This document shows positions 11,537 through 22,608 of a stretch of DNA of 64,000 nucleotides, piece after piece. This DNA comes from an uncultured Methanosarcinaceae archaeon (GTDB lineage: Archaea > Halobacteriota > Methanosarcinia > Methanosarcinales > Methanosarcinaceae). The position numbers were made by a program, and so were the translations under genes. The notes under the pieces are model-generated. The model saw nothing but the letters and a program-made list of their open reading frames with translations. It had not been told where the DNA came from and made no database searches. Location: positions 1 through 64,000 of the forward strand of contig CAWJYV010000001.1 in assembly GCA_963847185.1 (NCBI GenBank), read 5' to 3'. The stretch's first letter is position 1. Every line of letters starts with the position of its first letter.

Positions 11537-12124
11537 TTAATCACCAGTAACTAGCGATTTATCTTTAAATACCTTCATAAAAATTGTATTTTCGGAGATT
11601 ATACTCTCGACGGAGGCTCCGTGTGTTTTAAACACACTTTCGAATGTTGTTAAATTTAGTTTAGAATTATTAAGGCCCAGTCCATGAGTTAGTACCAGCA
11701 TATAGTAGTCGCCATTTTCCTTGTAGTCTACAGAATCAAACATGTGGGATGTTCGAAAAACAATTGTTAGCCCATCTACAACTTCTTTTAGGCTGCATTC
11801 CTTAAGAGACTTCTGAAGAAAGAACTCTATTACACATTCTATAGGTCTGTTTTGGGTCACATACTCCTTAAAACGCTCATAATTAACGGTTTCCATTAGT
11901 ATTTTTAAAGCTTTTTTTTGGACGCAACAAACCGAACCTATCGATTCACAAGCCAGCCAAAATTTTTGTTCGACAGTTAATTCTGGGTACTGTTTTGAAT
12001 TGTTTTCCAGACATTCCAATGCTATTTCCAAGGCTTTTTGTTGTGTTTCAAATTTTTCTGCATGTTTTTTTAATAAATCCCAATGTTTCTCAGAAATAGT
12101 AGTGGCAATACGATGTCTTTTCAA
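11537..12124 (-). CDS. Hypothetical protein with an N-terminal ribbon-helix-helix-like segment (possible regulator)
   Basis: 195-aa ORF; RIATTISEKHWDLLKK...QQKALEIAL fits a beta-helix-helix pattern. Confidence 0.6.
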   Translation of the reverse strand: MKRHRIATTISEKHWDLLKKHAEKFETQQKALEIALECLENNSKQYPELTVEQKFWLACESIGSVCCVQKKALKILMETVNYERFKEYVTQNRPIECVIEFFLQKSLKECSLKEVVDGLTIVFRTSHMFDSVDYKENGDYYMLVLTHGLGLNNSKLNLTTFESVFKTHGASVESIISENTIFMKVFKDKSLVTGD

Positions 12125-12420
12125 ATATTACACCTCACGATTATACTCCTCTTGTCTAGTCCATTATTTTTTTTATGTACATGCTGAACATACGATACGC
12201 AGATAACCTATTTTTACATGTGTATATGTTATCAACTTGTTCACAGCAAAAAATTGCTGTGAGTCTTGCAAAGTTAATGTAAAAAACGCTTATCCAAAAG
12301 TACAAGACAGCTTTCTCAAAACTAATTTATTTTTACAATTTTGAAATCTGAAGTAAACGATACAAGTTAACAGCTATAATATTAACAGACTGATTTTAGG
12401 TCTATTTTAGGTGATTTGTT

Positions 12421-13944
12421 ATGGTAGATCAAGTACTCGAGATATCAGAAATTAAAAAAAATAGCAATTTGTTAGATAACTTAAATGTGATAGGCGACGT
12501 TGGTATCGGGACGACAACTCCATCAGCCAAGTTGAATATTGATCCAAAAGGCAAAGGTGGAATCATTATAGGCAATTCCAACACCAGTTCTGGAGGATTT
12601 ACTAGTCTTATTATGGAAATCAGCGCAGAAAGTGGTGGCTATTCAGCAATACAATCCATTAAAAAATCTGGTTCCGAATGGGGAGACCTTTCTCTCAATC
12701 CTCACGCAGGCAACGTCGGCATAGGGACAGACGCACCTGTTGGGAAACTGGATGTTAGAGGAGATATTCGCGCTGGGAATTCTGATCTTTACTTTACAAA
12801 GGCAGACCATAACCATACAGGAATTGGAAATACCGCTGGTCTTGCTGCTATTGAGAATGCAGCTGATTATGATGCGCTCATGATTCTGGGGCGAGCAGGA
12901 GCTTCAAAAGGAAGATATGTCCGTTTATGGGATTATCTGCAAATAAATGGAAGTATGGATATTACTGGCAATGTAGGCATCGGGATTACGACTCCTAAAG
13001 CTAAGCTGGATGTCCAGGGAGACATTCACGCTGGGAATTCTGATATTTACTTTACGAAGGTTGATCATAACCATACAGGATTTGGAAATACCGCCGGTTA
13101 TGCTGCTATTGAAAATGCAAAGAATTATGATGCGCTCATGATTCTGGGGCGAGCAGGAGCTTCAAAAGGAAGATATGTCCGTTTATGGGATTATCTGCAA
13201 ATAAATGGAAGTATGGATATTACTGGCAATGTAGGCATCGGGACGACTACTCCTCAGGCCGGGCTTCATATTGATAAAGCTGGTACAAATGATCTGGCTT
13301 TGAAATTATCTTCTACTGGTCCTGGCTGGGGTTCAGGAATGCAATTGCAGAATAAAGATATTAAATACGGAATCTATGCAGGTTTTGGACAATTTAAAAT
13401 TTGCGATGCGAACAAGCAGGTAGACAGACTAGTCATAGATACGGATGGCAAAATTGGAATTGGGACTACAACTCCTAAGTATACTCTGGATGTTAACGGC
13501 ACTATTAATGCTTCAGCCGATGTTGTTGTTGGAGGTGGAGACTGTGCCGAAGAATTCGATATTGTTGATATGGAGTCTATCGAGCCAGGTACCGTAATGG
13601 TCATCGATAATGGGGGAGCGCTGAGAGCGAGTGAGCAGGCTTATGATAAACGGGTAGCTGGCGTGATTTCAGGAGCTGGTGATTTACGCCCGGGCATCAC
13701 CCTGGACAAACAGGCTAATAAAGCTAACCGCTTACCTATTGCTTTGACTGGCAAGGTATATTGTAAAGTAGATGCAGATTGCGGCGAAGTTGAAGTAGGG
13801 GATTTACTCACAACATCATCGACATATGGACATGCAATGAAAGTGAACGATCATGTGAAATCAATTGGTGCGATAATTGGCAAGGCTTTGAGACCTCTGG
13901 AAGCTGGCTGCGGCCTTATACCTATCCTGGTAGCACTTCAGTAA
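12421..13944 (+). CDS. Tail-fibre/spike-like protein with GNVGIGTTTP repeats and a C-terminal intramolecular-chaperone (peptidase G2-like) domain
   Basis: Five xVGIGT-type repeats, an 86-aa internal tandem duplication, and GDCAEEF...PGTVMVID...VAGVISG...IALTGKVYCKV...GDLLTTS...GHAMK...IIGKAL. Confidence 0.8.
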   Translation: MVDQVLEISEIKKNSNLLDNLNVIGDVGIGTTTPSAKLNIDPKGKGGIIIGNSNTSSGGFTSLIMEISAESGGYSAIQSIKKSGSEWGDLSLNPHAGNVGIGTDAPVGKLDVRGDIRAGNSDLYFTKADHNHTGIGNTAGLAAIENAADYDALMILGRAGASKGRYVRLWDYLQINGSMDITGNVGIGITTPKAKLDVQGDIHAGNSDIYFTKVDHNHTGFGNTAGYAAIENAKNYDALMILGRAGASKGRYVRLWDYLQINGSMDITGNVGIGTTTPQAGLHIDKAGTNDLALKLSSTGPGWGSGMQLQNKDIKYGIYAGFGQFKICDANKQVDRLVIDTDGKIGIGTTTPKYTLDVNGTINASADVVVGGGDCAEEFDIVDMESIEPGTVMVIDNGGALRASEQAYDKRVAGVISGAGDLRPGITLDKQANKANRLPIALTGKVYCKVDADCGEVEVGDLLTTSSTYGHAMKVNDHVKSIGAIIGKALRPLEAGCGLIPILVALQ

Positions 13945-13967
13945 TCTAAACATAAGGAGCAATACCT

Positions 13968-15062
13968 ATGTTGTCTTTAAGATCCGCAGCAAATTTGTTG
14001 GATCCAGCTTCTCAAGTGATAAGTACGAGGAGTCTTGCACAAAAGGTGTCACTTCAATTACCCATCTCGTTACGACGTCTGAATGAACGTAGTTCGAATA
14101 AGAGTGAATGGGATAATTACAAGATCGATAACGTTGAACAAGCACTAAATACTGTGAACAAGTCTGGGACATTGTATTTTTTAGAGGGGAAGTGTGATGG
14201 ACTACCTATACCTCATATACCTCTAATTGGCAGTGAAGCGCATGTGCAGGGAGTGGCCAGTTACAATGATTATCTTATCATAACCCATAATAGTGAGTCT
14301 GAAAGTGCCAAAACTGGTTCTCTTGTAATACTCAATCAAAAAAGTCATAAAATCGTCAATAAAATGAATACACCAGAAGGATATAATCACCCAGGTGGTA
14401 TCCAGCAAATAGGTAACTATCTAGCAGTATCATTAGAATCCAAAGATGGAAACATAAGAGATTCATTTATTCGGTTTTACGATTTGAGGCAGCTGTCTGA
14501 TACACAGCTTCCCATTTTATTAGAAAAACCTAGCATTTATCGGATAAATAAAAAAGCAGGTGCAGTTGGCATTACAACATATAAGGAAAACGGCATCGAT
14601 AAGTTCGTATTGGCTGTTCACGACAATGGTAGCGTGGACTTTTATAAGTCAAATGGAAAATTATTGTCGGATTCTCAATGTAGCTTTGATCTCATTTTCA
14701 ACTGTAATATCACTAATGCCGCCGATAATTTATGCTTAGTTACAGATAAACAAGAAAAAATATATATGATTGGTTTTAGATCAACTGCGGATGTTATAGG
14801 GTTGCCTATTGCTGATTATGCCGATTTATATTTAATTGATACAAATAAAATGACTGTCAATCCCCAGGCATCTAATATACATTTTATCTGTAATCACGGT
14901 CCGTTAATTCCAGGGGTGGGTGTACATTTTAGATGGGGAGCAGGGATACGGATTATTTCACCCCAAAAGGTCGAGGTCCTAGCAACACAAAGAAATTTTG
15001 TCCCCCCGATCATCTTATATCCCCCACAAAGGAAGATTGGAATTAATATGTTCTATAGTTGA
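13968..15062 (+). CDS. Hypothetical protein with conserved 40-aa leader and beta-rich body
   Basis: RBS AAGGAG 24 bp after the fibre stop codon. The N-terminus is shared with 15684-16763. Confidence 0.8.
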   Translation: MLSLRSAANLLDPASQVISTRSLAQKVSLQLPISLRRLNERSSNKSEWDNYKIDNVEQALNTVNKSGTLYFLEGKCDGLPIPHIPLIGSEAHVQGVASYNDYLIITHNSESESAKTGSLVILNQKSHKIVNKMNTPEGYNHPGGIQQIGNYLAVSLESKDGNIRDSFIRFYDLRQLSDTQLPILLEKPSIYRINKKAGAVGITTYKENGIDKFVLAVHDNGSVDFYKSNGKLLSDSQCSFDLIFNCNITNAADNLCLVTDKQEKIYMIGFRSTADVIGLPIADYADLYLIDTNKMTVNPQASNIHFICNHGPLIPGVGVHFRWGAGIRIISPQKVEVLATQRNFVPPIILYPPQRKIGINMFYS

Positions 15063-15344
15063 TCCAATGCTATCCAACGGATGGATAACATGACCCGACT
15101 GGTAGCGGTGACTATAGTTTAATAGGGTATTACCAGTGTCTACACCACCAAGTCCAAAGTGATTGTTCCTACGTACAGAAGAAATAATGCAAAAGAAAAT
15201 TACAGAAACGAACGCAGTAGATTTGTACTGAATAAATTTTTGGATAAGTTGTTAAATGACAATATTATTTAAATAGCAGACAATCTCAACTCTCACTTAT
15301 ATGATTTCTTTCTTTAAGTATTGGATCCCATATGATTAAAAAGA

Positions 15345-15660
15345 TGGGTTTTAGGCTTTAAGTTAGGTGATTTATTATAGTATAGCTCATCCCAAAACTC
15401 AAAACTGTGTCTTCAAATTTCGGGTGATCGATCGAGCATCTGACTATGAAAATGGTTCTGAGACTCTTATTGATGTGAAATAAAGTTGGTTTTGGGATGA
15501 GCCCGTAGATAAAATATGCGACAACTTAACAGCTAATAAATATAGATATGCAGTGAAAGTGGGGAGATCACTTTAGATCAATTAGTGTGATAATTGGCAA
15601 GGTTTTGAGACCTTTGGAGGCTGGTTGCAGTCTTGTATCGATCTTGATAGTACTTCAGTA
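15345..15660 (+). pseudogene. Internally deleted copy of the fibre gene
   Basis: 15548-15660 is homologous to 13832-13944. 15345-15380 plus 15505-15520 resemble the fibre RBS/start at 12390-12440. Confidence 0.65.
15383..15504. mobile_element. MITE
   Basis: TIRs TAGCTCATCCCAAAAC and GTTTTGGGATGAGCCC. Confidence 0.75.
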
Positions 15661-15683
15661 ATTTAGTGTAAGGAGCAATATTT

Positions 15684-16763
15684 ATGTTATCACTAAGATC
15701 TACAGCTAAGTTGTTGGATTCAACTTCCCAAGTAATAAGCACGAGGCGTCTTGCGCAAAAGGTATCACTTCAACCGCCGATCTCGTTACGACAGCTGAAT
15801 GAACATAATCCGAATCCAAATAATCCAAGTTTGAGTTTACTGATTGGTTATAAAATATCAACGGGTTTTCTTGGAACAGATCATACCTATGTGACGAGTG
15901 ACAAACCTTTCCATGCCTGGCCCTGCTGGGGAAGAGAATCTGGCGGAGAAGAGATCTGCCGAGGATATGGCAAATTTTCAGTGGCAGATTGTATATCTCA
16001 ACCAAATAGCTGGGCAGGCATTGTATATTTAGTTACAGGTGTATGTCACCAAACGGCAAATAGAATTCTATACCCTGCAGGGGTAACAGTTTCAAAGGCA
16101 GGAGGCTACTGGGCATCTCATCTCGCTTATGGGACATATGGAACTACCGCTCTTGAGTTTTTTGCAAGACTAGCAATCTGTAAAGCGCAGCTACCTATTC
16201 CTGTACTAAATAGTGAAGTCTCTATAAAATCCCTTGACATGGATATGAGGGTCCTGTCAAGTTCAATAGATGAACCGGAAAAGGCATATCTTCAAAAAAT
16301 AGTGGCACTGTACACTGAACATATGCAGGCATCCCCTAGCTTTAGTTCTGCAACCATGAGTGAAGAAAGTTCTTCTCTCCAGAAAAGTAAACTTGAGTCT
16401 TTTAGTTCAGCAATTACAAATGAAGAAAGGTACTCTTTCCTGGGTAAAGAACTTGAACTGATGATGGAATTTCGTCTTGGTGACAACCTGGACCCCCAGA
16501 TAACTAAGCTAATTCTAAAGCAACAATCTGACTTCCTCAAGGAAAAGGGGAAAATGGATCTTGAGTTTGATAATGCCGACTTCAGCATTGAGAAATATGT
16601 TAAAGAATTGAACGACCTTTTTGGAGATCTGTTGGTAATCCTTCCAGATATTCTGGGAAAAGATGTATATGAAAAAATATTCGATTTACCTCCGTTAGAG
16701 AAAGACTTCGTACTTGCTGATCCAGATATTGCAGTCAAAACTTATAAACAAATTTCAAGATAA
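15684..16763 (+). CDS. Hypothetical protein with conserved 40-aa leader and a possible permuted papain-like domain
   Basis: Leader MLSLRS...ISLRQLNE is shared with 13968. Contains DHTY and YLVTGVCHQTANR motifs. Confidence 0.8.
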   Translation: MLSLRSTAKLLDSTSQVISTRRLAQKVSLQPPISLRQLNEHNPNPNNPSLSLLIGYKISTGFLGTDHTYVTSDKPFHAWPCWGRESGGEEICRGYGKFSVADCISQPNSWAGIVYLVTGVCHQTANRILYPAGVTVSKAGGYWASHLAYGTYGTTALEFFARLAICKAQLPIPVLNSEVSIKSLDMDMRVLSSSIDEPEKAYLQKIVALYTEHMQASPSFSSATMSEESSSLQKSKLESFSSAITNEERYSFLGKELELMMEFRLGDNLDPQITKLILKQQSDFLKEKGKMDLEFDNADFSIEKYVKELNDLFGDLLVILPDILGKDVYEKIFDLPPLEKDFVLADPDIAVKTYKQISR

Positions 16764-16815
16764 AATATACTGTATTCAAAGTAATCAAAGCTGCGCTGGC
16801 ACACCCCGCTGCAAG

Positions 16816-16932
16816 GAGGCTGTCCGACAATTACCCGAGGTAATAACAGAATTCCTTTTTTTTTGATTTAAAGGTTTTATTTACTTTATTTTCAGCACTT
16901 TTTATTACTTACAGTAATTGTCGGACAACCTG
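16816..16932. mobile_element. MITE
   Basis: TIRs GAGGCTGTCCGACAATTAC and GTAATTGTCGGACAACCTG, with CAAG on both flanks. Confidence 0.7.
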
Positions 16933-17069
16933 CAAGCAACGAGATACGTTCGCGCCAAATCCTTCTTGCCTTTTTCAACTCTCCCAGAGACTCCACACTT
17001 AATTAAAAGCAGCTTCCTTACCTCTTTTATCATGAAAGTAGTGCAGGTGTTACAGATTATTAAAAGGCG

Positions 17070-17640
17070 CCAGCCTTCCACAGATCCCAGAAACCTCTCC
17101 GATAACTCAGATCTGAGTCATCGAGGAAACGTAGTCGTAAGGCTATAAAAAAGTGATGATATAGAGTATCCATTTTACTAGTTTTAATTATGTTGTGGAA
17201 CCTGTAGGGATATATTTAGTCCATTCTTACCCAAGCGATAGCCGTGGCCTTTGTACGTGGCTTCTAGGTATATGTGCGTGGAGATGAAGGAATAAACGTA
17301 CTGCGTCAGCCTCCCACAAATATCCCAGAATCAGAGCCGCTACACGGGATTACTTTTAATTATGCTTGTGAAACCTTCTAGGATATTTGGTCCATCCTTA
17401 TCCTAAACGAGGGTCTTAGCCTTTGTACGTGGCTTCTAAGTATATGTGCGTGGAAATGAGGGATGGACTTACCGCGAGCCTTCCATATATCCCAGAAGCT
17501 TGCAGAGCGCTTTATTGTCATTAAATCCCTTAATTACGGGGATTCCAGATTTTGGGAGATATATAAGTGCCTAAGAAAAGAATTTACGCTTGGTTGGGAG
17601 GTTTAGCGTGGCTTCTGGGATATGTATGTGGAAGGCTCAT
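17070..17640 (+). repeat. Cluster of three fold-back repeat units (types A, B, C)
   Basis: Each unit starts AGCCTTCCA..ATCCCAGAA and ends GTGGCTTCTRGG..ATGT..GTGGA. Unit A carries the palindrome at 17099-17124. Confidence 0.85.
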
Positions 17641-18014
17641 GTGTAAGTGCTACAAACATACCTGTTTCTTGCAGTGGATGCGACAGCACATCTTTATTAT
17701 ATTAAGTAAAAATAGAAGGGATATTTTAAAATCCCATTATTTAATTCACTATTTTTTTGCTCTGGTAGGAAATATCAATATCATAAAATGAAATCTTATT
17801 TTACCGAATTCCAATTTTCCACACCCCCCTTATTGAGTTATTATATATTTTCTTTAAGTGTTTGGGTTTTAGTTGATGGTGGTGTGGAAAACCATTAACA
17901 TGCCACCTAATAGGCATTAGTCCGTTACTAAAAATTAAATCATATTGTATAAATCACTTCGTATTTAACCCTTAATTATTTATTCAGTATCTTATTCTCA
18001 CTATGCAGTAAACA

Positions 18015-18122
18015 ACCGCGCCAGCCTTCTATATATTCCAGAAGCTTGCATAGCACTTTATTGGCATTAAAAATCCCTTATTACACGGCTTCCAGAATTT
18101 GGGAGATAAATGCCTTGGGAAG
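18015..18122 (+). repeat. Partial type C repeat unit
   Basis: CAGCCTTCTATATATTCCAGAAGCTTGCATAGCACTTTATTGGCATTAAA matches 17477 onward and 27750 onward. Confidence 0.8.
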
Positions 18123-18792
18123 ATATGTACGAGGTTTGTACGCCTTTAGAGCCTTAGTTTGACATTATAAATTCAATTTAGTGAGAAGCCTCAATTTTTA
18201 GTCAAAAATCAATTGACAGTATTCATAAATTTCATCAAATTGCCTTTGATTTTCCAGCTTCACAATCACTATAAGGCAAATGAGTAGAGATTTTTGTCCT
18301 ATTTTAGCACTTTTGGCACCTGACTTTTTGGATAGTATCTATATTTTATCTGCTATTCATGCTATCTGTCAAATTCTATACCAAAAATTTGATTAAAAAT
18401 TATGAAAATAGCCATCAGGAGAAAGAGAATCATCTGTCAAATTGAATTGTAAAAAATGGCAAAAATTTGTTGATATAATATTACTTATTATTCCAACGGA
18501 TATGAAAACAATCTTTAAACATAAAAATCAAACTGTCAAACTCAGGTTAGAGTGGTAGGAGGCTCGGGATAGACTGTAAAAATAGCTATTCTTGATTCTC
18601 GATAGGGATAAAAGAATTTCCGACCTCACCGATTCGTGGATTCTGTATACGAGGCTCAAGTAATTCCCTTCTCTATCGGATAAATTGGTAGGCTAAGGAA
18701 GTCTTATAGATCGTTTTGACATTGACGAAGAATCAAAGTACGAGGATTATTTAATTTTAAGACAGCCTCTATAGAGGAATCTTTTCTTTTTA

Positions 18793-21700
18793 TTAATTTA
18801 TAGGGATATAAACTGGACAACATTTTTCTTTGACTTCAGCTGGGGTGAGATTACCAAGATCTTTTGCCATTTCCTCATACATTAAAGGCGAATATTTCTT
18901 TATTATTAAAGCGTTACTCTCTAGAAGTGATTTTAGCCTTTCCCCCTCATATTCTTTTATTTTTTGAAGGATTCCAATGAATGTTCGAGATTCCTCATTA
19001 ATTTTATTCATTTCTTTTTGTATAATAGCTGTAAGAGTATTCTTCGTTTCCAAATCATCATCAATAAGTTCTTCAATATGTGATATTCTTTTTTCAATTT
19101 TATTTTTCTTTCTCTCAATTATTTCTTGCTCCTCTATTATAGGCACCCATCGAGTACTCATCGCCATTTGTCCCTGAGAGATATCTCTTGCAGAATTAAA
19201 TTCTGTATTTATTGAAGCAAGTAATATAAATTGTTCACAAATTTCATCTATTGGTCCTTTTATAGCTTTTTTGACCTGCTCCTCATGAAAATGTTTATTG
19301 AGAGTCATGAGCAGGCCTGAAGAGCCACCATTTATCTCGCCTTCAAAAGAAAAAATACCATTTGCCATAATATATGTTTTATTCCCTGGTGATTGAGGAT
19401 TGTCAAGGTTTTCTATAGCAACCTTATAAAAACGGTTTGTGTTAGGATTAGTTTGCGGAATCAGTAATATATCACATTTATCTAAGAAATGGATTCTTAA
19501 TTTATCGTCCAGATATTCGAAACAGATTAGAATTCCTAAACTCAATCTGTCAGTAATTTTGAATATATGTTTCAGTTCTCCTTGATTCATACCTTCCATA
19601 TTAAGGAATTCACGCTCTACTCCTGCAGGCAACAGTTTTTCACTATGTACAATTTTAGATGAAGGTATCACCACAGGACATATATTCTTCCGCAGATCCT
19701 CACTTCCAATATCTGAAGCAAATAGATCTTTGTATTCATGAAGGTTTGCTTCTGTCACATAATGAGAGCCTGCAACCACCACTATCCTATTTTCATTGGC
19801 ATATTTTTGAATTTTAGGCAGAAATTCAAAAGGGATTGAGAATTCGGGAAATACTATTATCTTTGCCTTCTCTTTTACTGCATCAAGAATGTAGCAGATC
19901 TTCTTCCAGTAATTTTCTTTTGCTTTTCCAAGATTATTCACTTCTTCTTGTTCTTGGGATTCAAATTCGTTCTTATATGACTTGTCAAATGCCAGTTTAA
20001 CAACTTTTTTGTCCTTGATTATATCATATTTTAACTGAATAACTGCAATACTCAAAATATCATTTTTGATTACGATATTGTTCCTACAATCATGTTCCAA
20101 AATGCAGAATTTCAAATTAGGCTCTAAATATTCATTGTATTCTATATGTCTTGTAACTGACTTTTCATACATTGTAGTTTTAAAAGTGATTTTCCCCTCT
20201 ATCTTCGTCGGGGTGTGATGAATATAAAGTTCTTTCTTCCCGCGAAGGGGCTCCTCAAATATCTTCACCCCTCCAGCTTCTATCGTTAAAATGCCTTTTA
20301 TTTTCTCTGGATCTGCAAATTTGATCCTGAGTTTCCAACTACTATACTCAATATCGGGACTGAAAGGTTCTTTCAAGTACTCAGTCAGTTTCTGTGTAAG
20401 TTTTTTCCCCGCATGATCAAAAATCGTCCTGACTGCAAAAGAATCAATTTTCAAAATCTGGTCATTTAGTTTATTTCTAATTTCATCTTCATCTTTGTTT
20501 TGCTTATTCTCCAAAAGTGAAATAATCTCCTCGAATGCTAAAAGTACACTCAGATTTGCAGATGTTGATAAATCCTTACGAAGTTCATCTACAATTTTTT
20601 TGATAGATTCTATCTTTAAATCACTTTCATTTTCCAGACTCTCAATACTTTCCACTTCAAGAATTCCTGCATAAATGCAATAACAAACAGTTGCTTTTTC
20701 ATAGACTATTTTTGCCATTTCAAACTCTTTCTTTGCTTCTTTAATCAGCTCTATATTGGGGTTTTCAAACATAAGTGATTCGCTGATTAGTTTTCTTCCA
20801 CGAAGATAACATAATGCGGAAGCAAGCAATTCTTTATTTTTTTCTTCTTTTTCAATCTTTTCCAATTTTTCTACTGCTAAAATTGATTTTTCGTATTCTT
20901 GTATGCGTTTATTTGGATCTTTCTCTCCTACTATATTTTTCATCAAAAAATCCAAGTATGCCCTTAGCCCAGCCTCTAAAGCCAGATTTCCTTCGTGATT
21001 AAGATTGTGTTTTTTAAAGAAATCTCGGTTTTGCTTGCAGACATTAATCCCTTCTCTTAAGAAATTCATCTCATTATGTATATTTGTTTCAATCTCGGCC
21101 AGTTCCATTAGTGATCTTATTATTCCAATAGTAGCCTGAGATTTCTTGCCTGCAATCAAACGTTGCAAGGACTCATTATAGATTTCTAACGTCTTTTCAT
21201 CACAAATTTTTAATACTTCTTCATATCTTTCTTTAGCCTCTTTGCTTTTTTTCATATCGAAAAGCAAGGCTCCTAGGTTATTGAGAGTCTCTCCAACATT
21301 TAGCCGATATAATATATTTTTGTAATCTGTTTCTAGGAGACTTTCCCTAATTTGAAATGACTTCTCATACATCTCCTTTGATTTCTGAAATAGCTTCATA
21401 TTATAAAGTAAAGTTCCAAGATCATTGAGCGTTTCCGCAACATTAGATTGATACGCTAGATTTTCAGGGTCGGATTTTAGCAATGATGTTCTAATTTCCA
21501 ATGCCTGTTCATGCCTTTTTTTTGCTTCTTTGTTTATACCCTGGTTCGTAAGTAAAGTTCCGAGACCATTAAGGGTTTCTGCAAAATCTGATTGATAGGC
21601 TATGTTTTCAGAGTCTATTTCTTGAAGTTTCTCATAAATTTCTAGTGCTTTCTCATACTTTTGCTGCGCCTCTTCCATATGGCCCATATTGTTAAGCAAA

Positions 21701-22608
21701 TCTCCTAAATTATTGAGTGTCATTGCAACGTCTGATTGATATAATATATTTTTTGAGTCTTTTACTCGAAGCCTTTCATATATTTCAAGCGCTTTCTCAT
21801 ACTTTTCTTTCGCCTCTTCAAAAAGTCCTGTATCAGAAAGTAAGGTTCCAAGATTGTTAAGTGTCATTGCCACATCTGACTGGTAGATTATATTTTCTAA
21901 GTCTTTTACTCGAAGCCCTTCATAAATTCCAAGTGCTTTTTCATATTTTTCTTTTGCTTCTTCTATGCGTCCCATATCAGAAAGTAAGGTTCCAAGATTG
22001 TTGAGTGTGGCTCCAACGCTTAATAGGTAAATCATATTTTTTGAGTCTTTTATTCGAAGATTTTCATAAATTTCAAGTGCTCTTTCATACTTTTCTTTTG
22101 TCTCTTCTATACGCCCCATTTCAGAAAGTAACGTTCCAAGATTGTTGAGTGCAGTTGCAATGTACGATTGACAAAATTCTTCTTCAGGATATGATTTCAT
22201 CATCTTCTGGCAACTATCATGAATAAATTCATTACAAGTTTTAGATAGATGAAAACGTCCTCTATTATAGAGACTTTCTCCAAGGCTAACAATATTGTTA
22301 ATGTTCATGTTAAAAGCAGGGAAGAAAAATTCATTTTGAGGATCTTTTTCTAGATGGTCAATGCAGATTTCTAGAGATAGAGAATAGTATTCAAATGCAT
22401 CCCCAAATTTGCACATATTCTGCACCAACATACCCTTTGTGCTCATTATTTGAACAAGGATGCTTTTGTCCTCAGACTTTTGTGCATATTTTTCTGCCTT
22501 TTGGATTTTTTCAAGTGCTTTTTCAAATTGTTGTTTTTCTATAAGAGTCAGGGTCTCTTGAAAGTATTTTTTTGCTTTTTCTTTCAATTTTTCAGGGGGC
22601 TCGGGCAT
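18793..22608 (-). CDS. TPR-repeat protein fused to a carbon-nitrogen hydrolase (nitrilase-like) domain
   Basis: About 51-aa TLNNLGTLL repeats. C-terminal IIVFPEFSIP, HSEKL and ILICFEY give a Glu-Lys-Cys triad pattern. Confidence 0.85.
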   Translation of the reverse strand: MPEPPEKLKEKAKKYFQETLTLIEKQQFEKALEKIQKAEKYAQKSEDKSILVQIMSTKGMLVQNMCKFGDAFEYYSLSLEICIDHLEKDPQNEFFFPAFNMNINNIVSLGESLYNRGRFHLSKTCNEFIHDSCQKMMKSYPEEEFCQSYIATALNNLGTLLSEMGRIEETKEKYERALEIYENLRIKDSKNMIYLLSVGATLNNLGTLLSDMGRIEEAKEKYEKALGIYEGLRVKDLENIIYQSDVAMTLNNLGTLLSDTGLFEEAKEKYEKALEIYERLRVKDSKNILYQSDVAMTLNNLGDLLNNMGHMEEAQQKYEKALEIYEKLQEIDSENIAYQSDFAETLNGLGTLLTNQGINKEAKKRHEQALEIRTSLLKSDPENLAYQSNVAETLNDLGTLLYNMKLFQKSKEMYEKSFQIRESLLETDYKNILYRLNVGETLNNLGALLFDMKKSKEAKERYEEVLKICDEKTLEIYNESLQRLIAGKKSQATIGIIRSLMELAEIETNIHNEMNFLREGINVCKQNRDFFKKHNLNHEGNLALEAGLRAYLDFLMKNIVGEKDPNKRIQEYEKSILAVEKLEKIEKEEKNKELLASALCYLRGRKLISESLMFENPNIELIKEAKKEFEMAKIVYEKATVCYCIYAGILEVESIESLENESDLKIESIKKIVDELRKDLSTSANLSVLLAFEEIISLLENKQNKDEDEIRNKLNDQILKIDSFAVRTIFDHAGKKLTQKLTEYLKEPFSPDIEYSSWKLRIKFADPEKIKGILTIEAGGVKIFEEPLRGKKELYIHHTPTKIEGKITFKTTMYEKSVTRHIEYNEYLEPNLKFCILEHDCRNNIVIKNDILSIAVIQLKYDIIKDKKVVKLAFDKSYKNEFESQEQEEVNNLGKAKENYWKKICYILDAVKEKAKIIVFPEFSIPFEFLPKIQKYANENRIVVVAGSHYVTEANLHEYKDLFASDIGSEDLRKNICPVVIPSSKIVHSEKLLPAGVEREFLNMEGMNQGELKHIFKITDRLSLGILICFEYLDDKLRIHFLDKCDILLIPQTNPNTNRFYKVAIENLDNPQSPGNKTYIMANGIFSFEGEINGGSSGLLMTLNKHFHEEQVKKAIKGPIDEICEQFILLASINTEFNSARDISQGQMAMSTRWVPIIEEQEIIERKKNKIEKRISHIEELIDDDLETKNTLTAIIQKEMNKINEESRTFIGILQKIKEYEGERLKSLLESNALIIKKYSPLMYEEMAKDLGNLTPAEVKEKCCPVYIPIN

